Below, piece by piece: positions 17,312 through 35,265 of a DNA stretch of 64,000 bases. The stretch lies in the NCBI RefSeq assembly GCF_009914755.1, contig NC_060927.1. The stretch is one strand, 5' to 3'. The number at the start of each line of letters is the position of its first letter. Positions within the stretch are counted from its first letter, which is position 1. The notes under the pieces are model-generated. The model did not search any database. It was not told the origin of the DNA and saw only the letters and a program-made list of their open reading frames with translations. A program made the position numbers and the translations under genes. The DNA comes from the human T2T-CHM13v2.0 reference genome, Homo sapiens.

Positions 17312-17598
17312 TCATGCCTGTAATCCCAGCACTTTGGGAGGCCAAGGCGGGTGGATCACGAGGTCAGGAGATCGAGACCATCCTGGCTACCAGGGTGAAA
17401 CCACATCTCTATTAAAAAATACAAAAAATCAGCTGAGCGTGGTGGCGGGCGCCTGTGGTCCCAGCTACTCAGGAGGCTGAGGAAGGAGAATGGAGTGAAC
17501 CTAGGAGGTGGAGCGTGCAGTGAGGCAAGATAGCGCCACTGCAGTCCAGCAGTCCAGCCTGGGCGAAAGAGCGAGATTTCATCTCAAAAAAAAAAAAA
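17312..17598 (+). mobile_element. Slightly 5'-truncated AluY-type element inserted in the MER41 5' R region
   Basis: TSD AAGAATGTGAAGG at 17299-17311 and 17599-17611. Confidence 0.92.
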
Positions 17599-18075
17599 AA
17601 GAATGTGAAGGAATGAAGAACAGCCACTCCATAGGCAGAGGAGCCTTCCATGCTGTTTAGTAAGCAAACATGGTGGTAAGGCAACTTGAATCATGCAGAC
17701 AAGGGCAAGCAAGACCTAGGGGATGGCAGAACAAGACAGAAAAAAATTCTGCAACTCTAATAACTTTACAGAGCTAATCATCCTAATAGCCTGGACTTCC
17801 ATCTTGCTTAAGCTACTGTTTGTTTGTGGTGGGGTGTTCCAAGATGGCCAAATAGGAGCAGCTGCAGTCTGCAGCTCCCAGCATGATCAATGCAGAAGAC
17901 GGACGATTTCTGCATTTCCAACTGAGGTACCTGGTTCATCTCACTGGGACTGGGTGGAGAGCGGGTGCAGCCCACGGAGGGCGAGCTGAAGCAGGGCAGC
18001 GTGCCGCCTCACCTGGGAAGTGCAAGGGGTCGGGGAAATCATTTCCCTTTCCTAGCCAAGGGAAGCCGTGACAGA

Positions 18076-18270
18076 CTATCTGGAAAAACGGGGCACTCCC
18101 ACCCAAATACCGCATTTTTCCCAAGGTCTTAGCAACTGGCAGGCAAGGTGATTCTCTCTCGTACCTGGCTTGGCAGGTCCCACGCCCATGGAGCCTTGCT
18201 CACTGCCAGCGCAGCAGTCAGAGATTGATCTGTGAGGTGGCAGCCTGGCTGAGGGAGGGGCGTCCGCCAT
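18076..18270 (-). CDS. L1 ORF0 homolog (64 aa; MADAPPSARLPPHRSISDCCAGSEQGSMGVGPAKPG...WVGVPRFSR)
   Basis: Antisense ORF in the L1 5'UTR, colinear with primate ORF0 (MAGAPPPASLPPCSLISDCC...RVGVTRFSR). Kozak context GCAATGG, stop TAG at 18076-18078. Expression is unknown. Confidence 0.6.
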   Translation of the reverse strand: MADAPPSARLPPHRSISDCCAGSEQGSMGVGPAKPGTRENHLACQLLRPWEKCGIWVGVPRFSR

Positions 18271-18851
18271 TGCTGAGGCTTGAATAGGTAAACAAAGCGG
18301 CTGGGAAGCTTGAACTGGGCAGAGCCCACCACAGCTCAACAAGGCCTACTGCCCCTAAACTCCACCTCTGTGGGCAGGGCATAGCTGAACAAAAGGCAGC
18401 AGACAACTTCTGCAGACTTAAACGTCCCTGTCTAACAGCTCTGAAGAGAGCAGTGGTTCTCCCAGCATGGTGTTTGAGCTCTGAGAACGGACAGATGGCC
18501 TCCTCAAGTGGGTCCCTGACTCCCGTGTAGCCTAACTGGGAGACATCTCCCAGTAGGGGCCGACAGACACCTCATACAGGCGGCTGCCCCTCTGGGACGA
18601 AGCTTCCAGAGGAAGGCTCAGGCAGCAATATTTGCAGTTCTGCAGCTTCTGCTGGTGATACCCAGGCAAACAGGGTCTGGAGTGAAACTCCTGCAAACTC
18701 CAACAGACCTACAGCTGAGGGACCTGACTGTTAGAAGGAAAACTAACAAACAAAAAGGAATAGCATCTACATCAACAAAAAGGTCATCTACACCAAAATC
18801 CCATCTGTAGGTCACCAACATCAAAGACCAAAGGTAGATAAAACCGCAAAG

Positions 18852-19875
18852 ATGGGGAGAAACCAGAGCAGAAAAGATGAAAATTCTAAAAATCAGAGCG
18901 CCTCTTCTCCTCCAAAGGATCGCAACTCCTTGCCAGCAACGGAACAACGCTGGATGGAGAATGACTTTGACAAGTTGACAGAAGTAGTCTTCAGAAGGTC
19001 GGTAATAACAAACTTCTCCAAGCTAAAGGAGGATGTTCGAACCCATCGCAAGGAAGCTAAACACCTTGAAAAAAGATTAGATGAATTGCTAACTAGAATA
19101 AACAGTGTAGAGAAGAACTTAAATGACCTGATGGAGCTGAAAACCACAGCACGAGAACTTCGTGACGCTTGCATAAGCTTCAATAGCTGATTTGATCAAG
19201 TGGAAGGAAGGGTATCAGTGATTGAAGATCAAATTAATGAAATAAAGTGAGAAGACAAGGTTAGAGAAAAAAGAGTAAAAAGAAACAAACAAAGCCTCCA
19301 AGAAATATGAGACTATGTGAAAAGACCAAATCTACGTTTGATTGGTGTACCTGAAAGTGACGGGGAGAATGGAACCAAGATGGAAAACACTCTTCAGGAC
19401 ATTATCCAGGAGAACTTCCCCAACCTAGCAAGGCAGGCCAACATTCAAATTCAGGAAATACAGAGAACACCACAAAGATACTCCTCAAGAAAAGCAACCC
19501 CAAGACACATAATTGTCAGATTCACCAAGGTTGAAATGAAGGGAAAAGTGTTAAGGGCAGCCAGAGAGAAAGGTCGAGTTACCCACAAAGGGAAGCCCAT
19601 CAGACTAACAGCAGATATCTCTGCAGAAACCCTACAAGCCAGAAGAGTGGGGGCCAATATTCGACATTCTTAAAGAAAAGAATTTTCAACCCAGAATTTC
19701 ATATCCAGCCAAACTAAGCTTCATAAGTGAAGGAGAAATAAAATACTTTACAGACAAGAAAATGCTGAGACATTTTGTCACCACCAGGCCTGCCTTACAA
19801 GAGCTCCTGAAGGAAGCACTAAACATGGAAAGAAACAACCGGTGCCAGCCACTGCAAAAACATGCCAAATTGTAA
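18852..19875 (+). pseudogene. L1 ORF1, disrupted
   Basis: ATG at 18852. Premature TGA codons at 19188, 19248 and 19308, and a frameshift near 19645. Confidence 0.92.
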
Positions 19876-20161
19876 AGACCATTGATGCTAGGAAGAAACT
19901 GCATCAACTAATGGGCAAAATAACCAGCTAACATCATAATGACAGGATCAAATTCACACACAATAATATTAACCTTAAATGTAAATGGGCTAAATGCCCC
20001 AATTAAAAGACACAGACTGGCAAATTGGATAAAGAGTTAAGACCCATCAGTGTGCTGTATTCAGGAGACCCATCTCACATGCAAAGACACACATAGGCTC
20101 AAAATAAAGGGATGGAGGAAGATCTACCAAGCAAATGGAAAGCAAAAAAAATGCAGGGGTT

Positions 20162-20509
<348 letters not shown>

Positions 20510-21100
20510 TTAAACCAACAAAAATCAAAAGAGACAAAGAAGGCCATTACATATTGGTAAAGGGGTCAATTCAACAAGAAGAGCTAACTATCCTAAATAT
20601 ATATGCATCCAAATTCAAAAAGCAAGTCCTTAGAGACCTACAGAGAAGAGACTTAGACTCCCACACAATAATAATGGGAGAATTTAACACCCCACTGTCA
20701 ATATTAGACAGATCAATGAGACAGAAAGTTAACAAGGATATCCAGGACCTGAACTCAGCTCTGCAACAAGCAGACCTAATAGACATCTACAGAACTCTCC
20801 ACCCCAAATCAACAGAATATACACTTCTTCTCAGCACCACATCACACTTATTCCAAAACTGACCACATAGTTGGAAGTAAAGCACTCCTCAGCAAATGCA
20901 AAAGAACAGAAATCACAACAAACTGTCTCTCAGACCACAGTGCAATCAAATTAGAACTCAGGATTAAGAAACTCATTCAAAACTGCACAACTACATGGAA
21001 ACTGAACAACCTGCTCCTGAATGACTACTGGGCACATAACGAAATGAAGGCAGAAATAATGATGTTCTTTGAAACCAATGAGAACAAAGACACAACGTAA

Positions 21101-21304
<204 letters not shown>

Positions 21305-21307
21305 TAA

Positions 21308-22297
<990 letters not shown>

Positions 22298-22333
22298 TAA
22301 ATAAAGGGTATTCAATTAGGAAATGAGGAAGTC

Positions 22334-23919
<1,586 letters not shown>

Positions 23920-26800
23920 TGAGTGAACTCCCATTCACAATTGCTACAAAGAGAATAAAATACCTAGAAATCCAACTTACAAGGGATGTGAAGGACCTCT
24001 TTAAGGAGAACTACTAACCACTGCTCAACGAAATAAAAGAGGACACAAACAAATGGAAGAACATTCCATGCTCATGGATAGGAAGAATCAATACCTGAAA
24101 ATGGCCATATTGCCCAAAGTAATTTCTAGATTCAATGCCAACCCCATGAAGTTACCAACGACTTTCTTCACAGAACTGGAAAAAACTACTTTAAAGTTCG
24201 TATGGAACCTAAAAAGAGCCCACATTGCCAAGACAATCCTAAGCAAAAAGAACAAAGCTGGAGGCATCATGCTACCTGACTTCAAACTATACTACAAGGC
24301 TACAGTAACCAAAACAGCATGGTACTGGTACCGAAACAAATATATACTATATCTGTTTCAAACTATACTACAAGGCTACAGTAACCAAAACAGCATGGTG
24401 CTGGTACCAAAACAGATATACAGACCAATGGAACAGAACAGAGGCCTCAGAAATAACACCACACATCTACAACCATCTGATCTTTGACAAACCTGACAAA
24501 AACAAGAAATGGGGAAAGGATTCCCTATTTAATAAATGGTGCTGGGAAAACTGGCTAGCCATAGGTAGAAAGCTGAAACTGGATCCCTTCCTTACACCTT
24601 ATACAAAAATTAATTCAAGATGGATTAAAGACTTAAATGTTAGACCTAAAACCATAAAAACCCTAGAAGAAAACCTAGGCAATACCATTCAGGACACAGG
24701 CATGGGCAAAGACTTCACAACTAAAACACCAATAGCAATGGCAACAAAAGCCAAAATAGACAAATGGGATCTAATTAAACTAAAGAGCTTCTGCATGGCA
24801 AAAGAAACTACCATTAGAGTGAACAGGCAACCTACAGAATGGGAAAAAATTTTTGCAATCTACCCATCTGACAAAAGGCTAATATCCAGAATCTACAAAG
24901 AACTCAAACAAATTTACAAGAAAAAAACAAACAACCCCATCGAAAAGTGGGCAAAGGATATGAACAGACACTTCTCAAAAGAAGACATCTATCTATGCAG
25001 CGAACAGACACATGAAAAAATGCTCATCATCACTGGTCATCAGAGAAATACAAATCAAAACCACAATGAGATACCATCTCATGCCAGTTAGAATGGCAAT
25101 CATTAAAAAGTCAGGAAACAACAGATGCTGGAGAGGATGTAGAGAAATAGGGACGCTTTTACACTGTTGGTGGGAGTGTAAATTAGTTCAACCATTGTGG
25201 AAGACAGTGTGGCGATTCCTCAAGGATCTAGAACTAGAATTACCATTTGACCCAGCAATCCTATTACTGGGTATATACCCAAAGGATTATAAATCATGCT
25301 GCTATAAAGACACATGCACACGTATGTTTATTGCAGCACTATTCACAACAGCAAAGACTTGGAACCAACCCAAATGTCCATCAATGATAGACTGCATTAA
25401 GAAAATGTGGCACATATACAACATGGAATACTATGCAGCCATAAAAAAGGATGAGTTCATGTCCTTTGCAGGGACATGGATGAAGCTGGAAACCATCATT
25501 CTCAGCCAACTATCACAAGGACAGAAAACCAAACACCACATGATCTCACTCACAGGTGGGTATTGAACAATGAGATCACTTGGATACAGGGCAGGGAACA
25601 TCACACACTGGGGCCTGTCGGGGGCTGGGGGGCTGGGGGGCTGGGGGAGGGATAGCATTAGGAGAAATACCTAATGTAAATGAGTTGATGGGTGCAGCAA
25701 ACCAACATGGCACATGTATACCTATGTATCAAACCTGCATGTTATGCGCATGTACCCTAGAACTTAAAGTATAATAAAAGAAATAAATAAGCTACTGTTT
25801 GTTTTTTTTTTTTCCAGTCTCTCTCACATGCAGTCAAACCCTTACTCTTGATCACCTAGAACTAGGTCCTGCAACACAAGGCCTCAATAAATATGTATTG
25901 AGTGAACAAGTGAATTAATCAGTCTCTCTCATCTGGTTAGCATGAGCCAGAAAGAATCCTTGAACATGACCTACCTCTAGTTACACTAGCTTCTAAGCCT
26001 GTAAAACTGTGGCTCACATTTACATCTAATATGAGGAACAAACCTATGGGCCCTCCTTGGTCAGCCAAAGAGTATCCCTCTAATTTTTAACATTTATCTT
26101 TCTAAACTTCAATGACTTAATTTTGCTTGTTATCTCCCTAATTGTTATAAAACTAATACATGTATCATTAACCATAATGAAATACCTGCTTTTGGAAGGG
26201 AATATTTATTTCATTTAAAGTCTTGCAGATGGTTAAGTATAATATTATCAGTGAAAAAAAAAATGGACTGCTGTAAACACAGGCCATGAAATACAAGGCA
26301 AAAAAGGTGATATAACTTAAATTTCAGGGGACAACATCAAAAGAGATTCGTATTTTCCCTTAATGACCAAGCAGAAAAGTAACTGCTTTTTCACTCCAAA
26401 GTGACCAAACTAAATCAAGCTTAGTTACTGCATTACGTCCTAGAGCAACTCATAAGCTAATAAAAATAGAACACGTGCCAAAACAAACTAAGATCCTTTT
26501 CTGCCTTTAATATTGCTGCTATTCTCTCTCTCAATGGCTGTAGTATCACCAGAATACTAGAAAGGATAGGCAGCTGCCATGTTGAGACCATGAAGGAAAG
26601 ATGAAGAAAACTGAGGAGACATCTAACCTGACATCTTTGAGCTTATGAATGAACAGCAATAATTTCTTCAACTCTAGGCTTATTACTGACAAAAAGAAAG
26701 CATTGTTTGGTCAAATTATCATCATTTGGGTTTTCTGTTACATGCAGCCAAACCACTTTCAAGGTTTTCTGATTCAGAAAATTGAAACTGGAGAGCACGC

Positions 26801-27130
26801 TGATATGGTTTGGAAATTTGTCCCCTCCAAATCTCACACTGAAATGTAATCCCCAGTGTTGGGGGTGGGGCCTCGTAGGTGGTGTTTGGGTCATGGGGGC
26901 AGACCCCTAGTGAATGGCTTGACCCCTTGCTCCTCGCACCATGTGCTACACCGGCTTCCCCTTTGCCTTCTGCCATGACTGCAAGCTTCCTGAGGCCTCA
27001 CCAGAAGCAGATGTCAGCACAATGCTTTCTATACAGCCTGTAGAAACGTTGAGTCAAAATATACCTTTTTCTTTATAAATTGCCCAGTCTCAGGGATTCC
27101 TTTCTAGCAATGCAAGCAAACTAACACACA
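26801..27130. mobile_element. MST-type MaLR solo LTR
   Basis: Starts TGATATGGTTTGG, contains GAAATGTAATCCCC and TTTATAAATTGCCCAGTCTCAGG, and ends CTAACACA. Confidence 0.8.
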
Positions 27131-27269
27131 AGCTTACATTGAAATTCCTTCTCCTAAATACTTCATGTATGACAGTGTAAAAGTATATCAAAGGACACAT
27201 TTAAAAAAAAATAATCATAACATATTCAAATATGCAGCTGATATACATCGGTTGTTTATTTTAAGAAAT

Positions 27270-28074
<805 letters not shown>

Positions 28075-28776
28075 GACTCAACTGAAATGTAACTGATTTA
28101 CATCTATGGAAATGCTATTGTAATTCAAAAGAGCATTAACATGTTAATCAACACGAAAAGGCAAGCTGTTTGAACACCTCAACAGAAGAGTATCTAAAAT
28201 CTTTACTAAACTCCTTCATTTAACATATGTGTTCCTCCTAATGCAAGAGAATGGGTCCCAAGGATTATTAAAAAGAATGATCTTTCCTCTGCCCTAAGTA
28301 AGTCTGTAAGTTAGCATACAACCAAGTAAACATACTCTGGAAAGTTTTTGTTTGGGTTTAGTCACGATAAAACCAAGAAGAACTGAGGGTGAATGTGTTC
28401 TCCAATTAGAGATATTCTTTTCAAACACATTACGATCCGCACAGAAATATAGACAAAAGACACCTATCAACAATTTACAAATGGCTAACAAACCACACAC
28501 ACTATTCTCAGTAGTAGTCAAAGATATATGAACAAGTGAGATATTTTAAAAAGCTATCAAAATGGCAAAGATTCTAAAATGACACCGCACAAGGCTAATA
28601 AAAGGATTTCATCAATCTCATATACTGCTGGTAGAAATATATTTCATATATTGCTGGTAGAAATATAAATCAATGTAACCTTTAGGCATATCATGTAGAT
28701 ATACTTATTATAATGCCAATTCCCTATACACTGACAATGGTTTTTTGTTCTTATAAAAATAAAAAATGCCACTGAA

Positions 28777-29063
28777 GGCCAGGTGCAGTGGCTCACACCT
28801 ATAATCCAAGCAGTTTGGGAGGCTGAGGCAAGAGGATTGCTTGAACCTAGGCATTCGAGACCAGCCTGGGCGACACAGTGAGACCCTGTCTCTACCAAAA
28901 AAATTTTTTTAATTAGCTGAGTGTGGTGGCACATGCCTATAGCCCTAGCTACTCGGGAAGCTGAGGTAGGAGGATCCCTTGAGCCCAAGAGTTCAAGGCT
29001 GCAGTGAGCTATGATTGTGTCACTGCAGTCCAGCCTGGACGACAGAGCGAGACCTGCTCTAAA
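28777..29063 (+). mobile_element. Alu (J-like), about 80 nt into intron 5
   Basis: Alu consensus. Confidence 0.9.
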
Positions 29064-29140
29064 ACAAGTAATTTTTTAAAAAAAGGCATTGAAAATGCAA
29101 AAGGATTCATAGTTAAGGCACTGACTCTCCAACAACTTAC

Positions 29141-29253
29141 TGTTTCAAAGCTGCCTTTATGCATCAAATCAATGGGTGGCCGGAATAGATCTGCAAGGGT
29201 AGTTAATTTCTTATCGATAGCTCCTCCATTTCTTAATTCTTGTTCTTGCCGAA
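29141..29253 (-). CDS. UBXN7: UBXN7 coding exon 5 (113 nt; IRQEQELRNGGAIDKKLTTLADLFRPPIDLMHKGSFET)
   Basis: Acceptor ATTATAG|TTCGG, donor ACA|GTAAGT. Phase 1 to 0. Confidence 0.96.
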
Positions 29254-29531
29254 CTATAATACAGAAGGATGAAAGTTTCAGTTAGCCATAATCATGAATC
29301 ACACTGAAAAAAAAAAAAAAAAAAACACAAACTTCTGTCAATTGAAGGAATTGCTGTCAATATGCTTGACCTCAAATACAAAGATCTAATGTTGACTCTG
29401 AAAAAAAAAAATGCAAAGGGAGATAAGAGGAATCTTAAGACTTGGTGGTATTCCCTATCCCAAGGATACAAAGAAAATTAACTGAAAATATTCACTTAAT
29501 CAAAGTAACCTCTTCACATATTCAGAAACTA

Positions 29532-30238
<707 letters not shown>

Positions 30239-30881
30239 TTAGGTTCCCCATCAATTCTCTCCAAAGTCACAAGACCTATCTGTGCCTCAATGAACTCATT
30301 CTAAATAAACTACAAAATCAAGCATGGTCCAAGGGTTTCTCATATATCCTAACCTAACTGTCCTTTCTTTAGGATTCCATTGCTAAATCAATACTAAATC
30401 CTCTAAAAGCATAAGACCAAGATTCTCATTCTAATTTATTACACAAAAATATTTCAAATAACTGTAGCCAAAATATTAATAGTGGCTGCTTTGGGTGGCA
30501 TGGCTTTTCCTCCTATTTTTCAATCTCTTATAATAACCATTTTCATTATATATTCCTTTCATTGACAGAAGTCAGGATCCTGAGGGAAATCAGTTTATTT
30601 TATTATAGTAAGCATTTTAAGTGTTTATTCACAAGCGAATTAAGTTTATCAATTACCATATTTCCTACATTATCTCCATCTCCTTTACTATTTTTCTATA
30701 ACCAAATAGGTTAGAATTTGGAACAATTTAGCTCAGGGGAGAATTAATCACATTCTGGATCCATAATTTCACTTTTTAAAGAAGGTGAAAACTTAAAAGT
30801 AATTGGGCCTAATAGTAATCATCTTTGTCTTTTTAATAGGAAGAGAAGAGGGAGATGATAAACTGGTCCATAGATACCTAC

Positions 30882-30947
30882 TAGTTTCAGTCTGAAAATC
30901 CCGGAAACCATCAAAAATTGAACGTGCAGGCCGTCGTCTTTTAGGAG
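30882..30947 (-). CDS. UBXN7: UBXN7 coding exon 4 (66 nt; APKRRRPARSIFDGFRDFQTET)
   Basis: Acceptor TCTCCCCAAAG|CTCC, donor ACTA|GTAGGT. Phase 1 to 1. Confidence 0.95.
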
Positions 30948-31036
30948 CTTTGGGGAGAAAAAATAGAATTGAAAATTTTTTAAATTAATTTTGAAACAAT
31001 TCTAAAAATGTCCTTATCTAAAAGTATTTTTTTAAT

Positions 31037-31140
31037 AAAACATATGAAACCCTTCACGAACTGCATGTCACCCTTGCACAGGGGCCGTGCTAATCTCTGT
31101 CTCGTTCCAATTTTAGTAAATGTGCTGCCGCAGCGAGCAC
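31037..31140 (-). pseudogene. U6 snRNA retrocopy (near full length)
   Basis: The reverse complement GTGCTCGCTGCGGCAGCACATTTACTAAAATTGGAACGAGACAGAGATTAGCACGGCCCCTG... aligns to U6 end to end. Short A-tail and flanking AGTATTT repeats. Confidence 0.95.
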
Positions 31141-31306
31141 AGTATTTCTTGTTTTAAAACACTCAAGATTCATATGGTGCCTTCCCTCAAAAAATAAAAA
31201 AGTTTAAAAACTTTCAAATCATTCATGTATAATTAATCCAAACATCTTCCATCCAGTCATCTTGTATTACAAATGAGAAAATTCAGGCCCAGTTACAATA
31301 GACTTA

Positions 31307-31943
<637 letters not shown>

Positions 31944-32769
31944 AGTTTACTATCTTAATATCCAAGTGGTGATATCAGGAAGAAAGAAGATTTTGAGGAT
32001 GATGCCACGTAGAGATGAAGCCACACACATGCTGCAGATATCCAATTCAGGTTAGCCCTGTTGTATAGAGTAACTCTACATTCTAAACCATAAGACTTAA
32101 GGACTATTTCTTAGGGATTGGATTGGACCCACGTGCAGAACCATAAAGACAAAAAACATCTTTAATTCTGGAAACTTTTTTCACAGTTACACAATGGTTT
32201 AATGACAGAAAAGTAAACAGATCCACCTAAGGTATTCCACTACCCCTGTAGAGTGTCTATTACCCAGTCTTTAAGTATTTTACAGATAAGGTGTAGAATG
32301 CTAGAATCAAAATGTTATCTTCCTATATCTATGTGTTCTTAAACCTAAACAAATTACCAGATCATTTATGTACATTACAATAAATAAAGGCTTTTCATGA
32401 TTCCCTCAATATGGGTAAGTAACTAAGTTGGCTTATGGCAAGGCTGGCCAGCATGTAACCAGAATAATTATCTGTTAATAAATGATTAGTATCAAGATTA
32501 GACAGAGACTACAGAATCCCCTTAACGCGTGTCAAAACATCTTTCCCAATAACTCGTGTTTGTGATTACATAGGATAATTCTTTATATCCAGAACTACCG
32601 AGTAAAAGGCAAAACAAAGCAACAAAAAAATGCACAACATATTAAAAACTTCATTTTTGTTTAAAACATATATTCATATGCATATCATTCCTGTGTATAT
32701 GTGTATGTTTTTATGTTAAACAATCACACTATCATCTCTGGGAAAAGAGATTTTGTAATACACTGTCAT

Positions 32770-33392
<623 letters not shown>

Positions 33393-33605
33393 TGAATTTT
33401 ATTTTTAATTTAAATATTGCACCCTGTGTCGCTCTCTACCTTCCTCCCTCCCTCCTTTCTTCATTTCTATTCAAGAAAAAGCAAGAAATGTCATACTTTT
33501 CAATCTTAGAACTATTTTTGATCAAGAGCTCCTATTTCAAATGTACATGGCCTCTAGCAGGAATAATATAGCCTGCCAAAGAATGCCTCTAAAACTAGTT
33601 ATCTG

Positions 33606-34140
<535 letters not shown>

Positions 34141-34836
34141 CTAAGAAAGTATATTATTTTAGGAAGGTAGCACATAAAAGGTAATTTTCTTCTACTTTTA
34201 AACTGCCAAAGATAGGTTAGTCAATATTCCACATCACCTTTCCAACCTCCCCCTTCTCTATAAGGGACTGATCTCCGTATACTCACTAGTTCCTCTTATT
34301 GCTATCCTTCTACCCAATTCCTTTTACTTCTTGGGCTAATAACCCTCTTCCCATTTGTCTTCCCTTCGTTTACCCTATTTCTAAGCAAAAACCTCTCCTC
34401 AGACCACACCACCTCTAGCCCTAAGACTATTACTGCTACCTGCCTTTTCAATGTGGTCTCCTGGCTCTTCCAAGCCGTCTGCCACAAGGAAACATCAGTC
34501 CTCTGTCCTCACTCTACTGCCCACATAATAGAAGTACTGGTCACTGAAGCCAAAGAGACTAAGCTATAAAGAGCTAAAAGAAATTCAGGAGCTTCAAAGT
34601 CAGCATAGGGGAGGGACAGGTGGAGAAAAAATGTAGTGAGAAGAGTGGCACTGTTTTACATGTCCACATATCTGTTCGTATTTGGCTTCAGAGAAGACAT
34701 CTGGATCTTCAGATCTGCTTCTGCATTCCTTTAGATCTGCTGCTATTCTTTTAGTTCAAGTATAGAAAGAAAACTAAAATTTACTCTCACGCAGACACGC
34801 AGTTGTAAAAGGGAGTAGTGGGCTTTTTGTTTTAAA

Positions 34837-35105
34837 AGATGGGGGTCTCACTATGTTGCCCAGGCTGAAGGGCAGTGGCTATTCACAGGCACAATCCCAC
34901 TACTGATCTGCACCTGCTCCGTTTCCTCTTCCTTAGGTCATCTGGTGTCCTCCACTGCTGGCAGGTCACCATATTGATTCCGAACTTAGTGCAGACACCC
35001 AATCAGCATAGGGCCCTACAGCCAAGAACTCCTGGGGCTCAAGCCATACTCCCGCCTCAGCCTCCAGAGTAGCTGAGACTACATGTCTGTGCCACCATAC
35101 CCAGC
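34837..35105 (-). pseudogene. 7SL RNA retrocopy with internal deletions
   Basis: Contains S-domain sequence absent from Alu (+ strand GTCACCATATTGAT-CCGAACTTAGTGC-GACACCC-ATC-GCATAG). Imperfect flanking repeat AGGGAG(T/G)AGTG. Confidence 0.9.
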
Positions 35106-35265
35106 AGGGAGGAGTGTTTTAAAGTCTTAGATGATTGTGGATATTCCTCTTTAACAGTACACCAATACTTAACCAATGGTAGTTTCTTAGAGGACAGCTG
35201 CAAAGTGGAATCTGAAATCTTATCAATGAGTTTTTCATACTGTTTCATTAAAACCCACTGTACTA

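Larger units (their letters stand above)
15758..17644 (-). mobile_element. MER41 (ERV1) processed retrocopy: R-U5-PBS-short internal region-PPT-U3-R-polyA
   Basis: 5' R-U5 at 17192-17644, ending GGTAACA. PBS at 17167-17185, PPT at 16810-16826. The 3' U3-R (15767-16809) starts TGTCAGA and ends 13 nt after AATAAA in an A-tract. TSD CTTCCATGCTGTTTA at 15743-15757 and 17645-17659. Confidence 0.88.

Noticed and set aside
31037-31140. Functional U6 gene
   Set aside because: It has multiple substitutions, a 3-nt deletion after the ACAGAGA box, an A-tail with short flanking repeats, and no recognisable PSE/TATA promoter.
31950-32062. Possible cryptic exon in intron 3 (minus strand GGCTAAC...CTGCAG| to ATA|GTAAAC)
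   Set aside because: The pyrimidine tract is poor and the donor weak, so it cannot be supported without RNA data.
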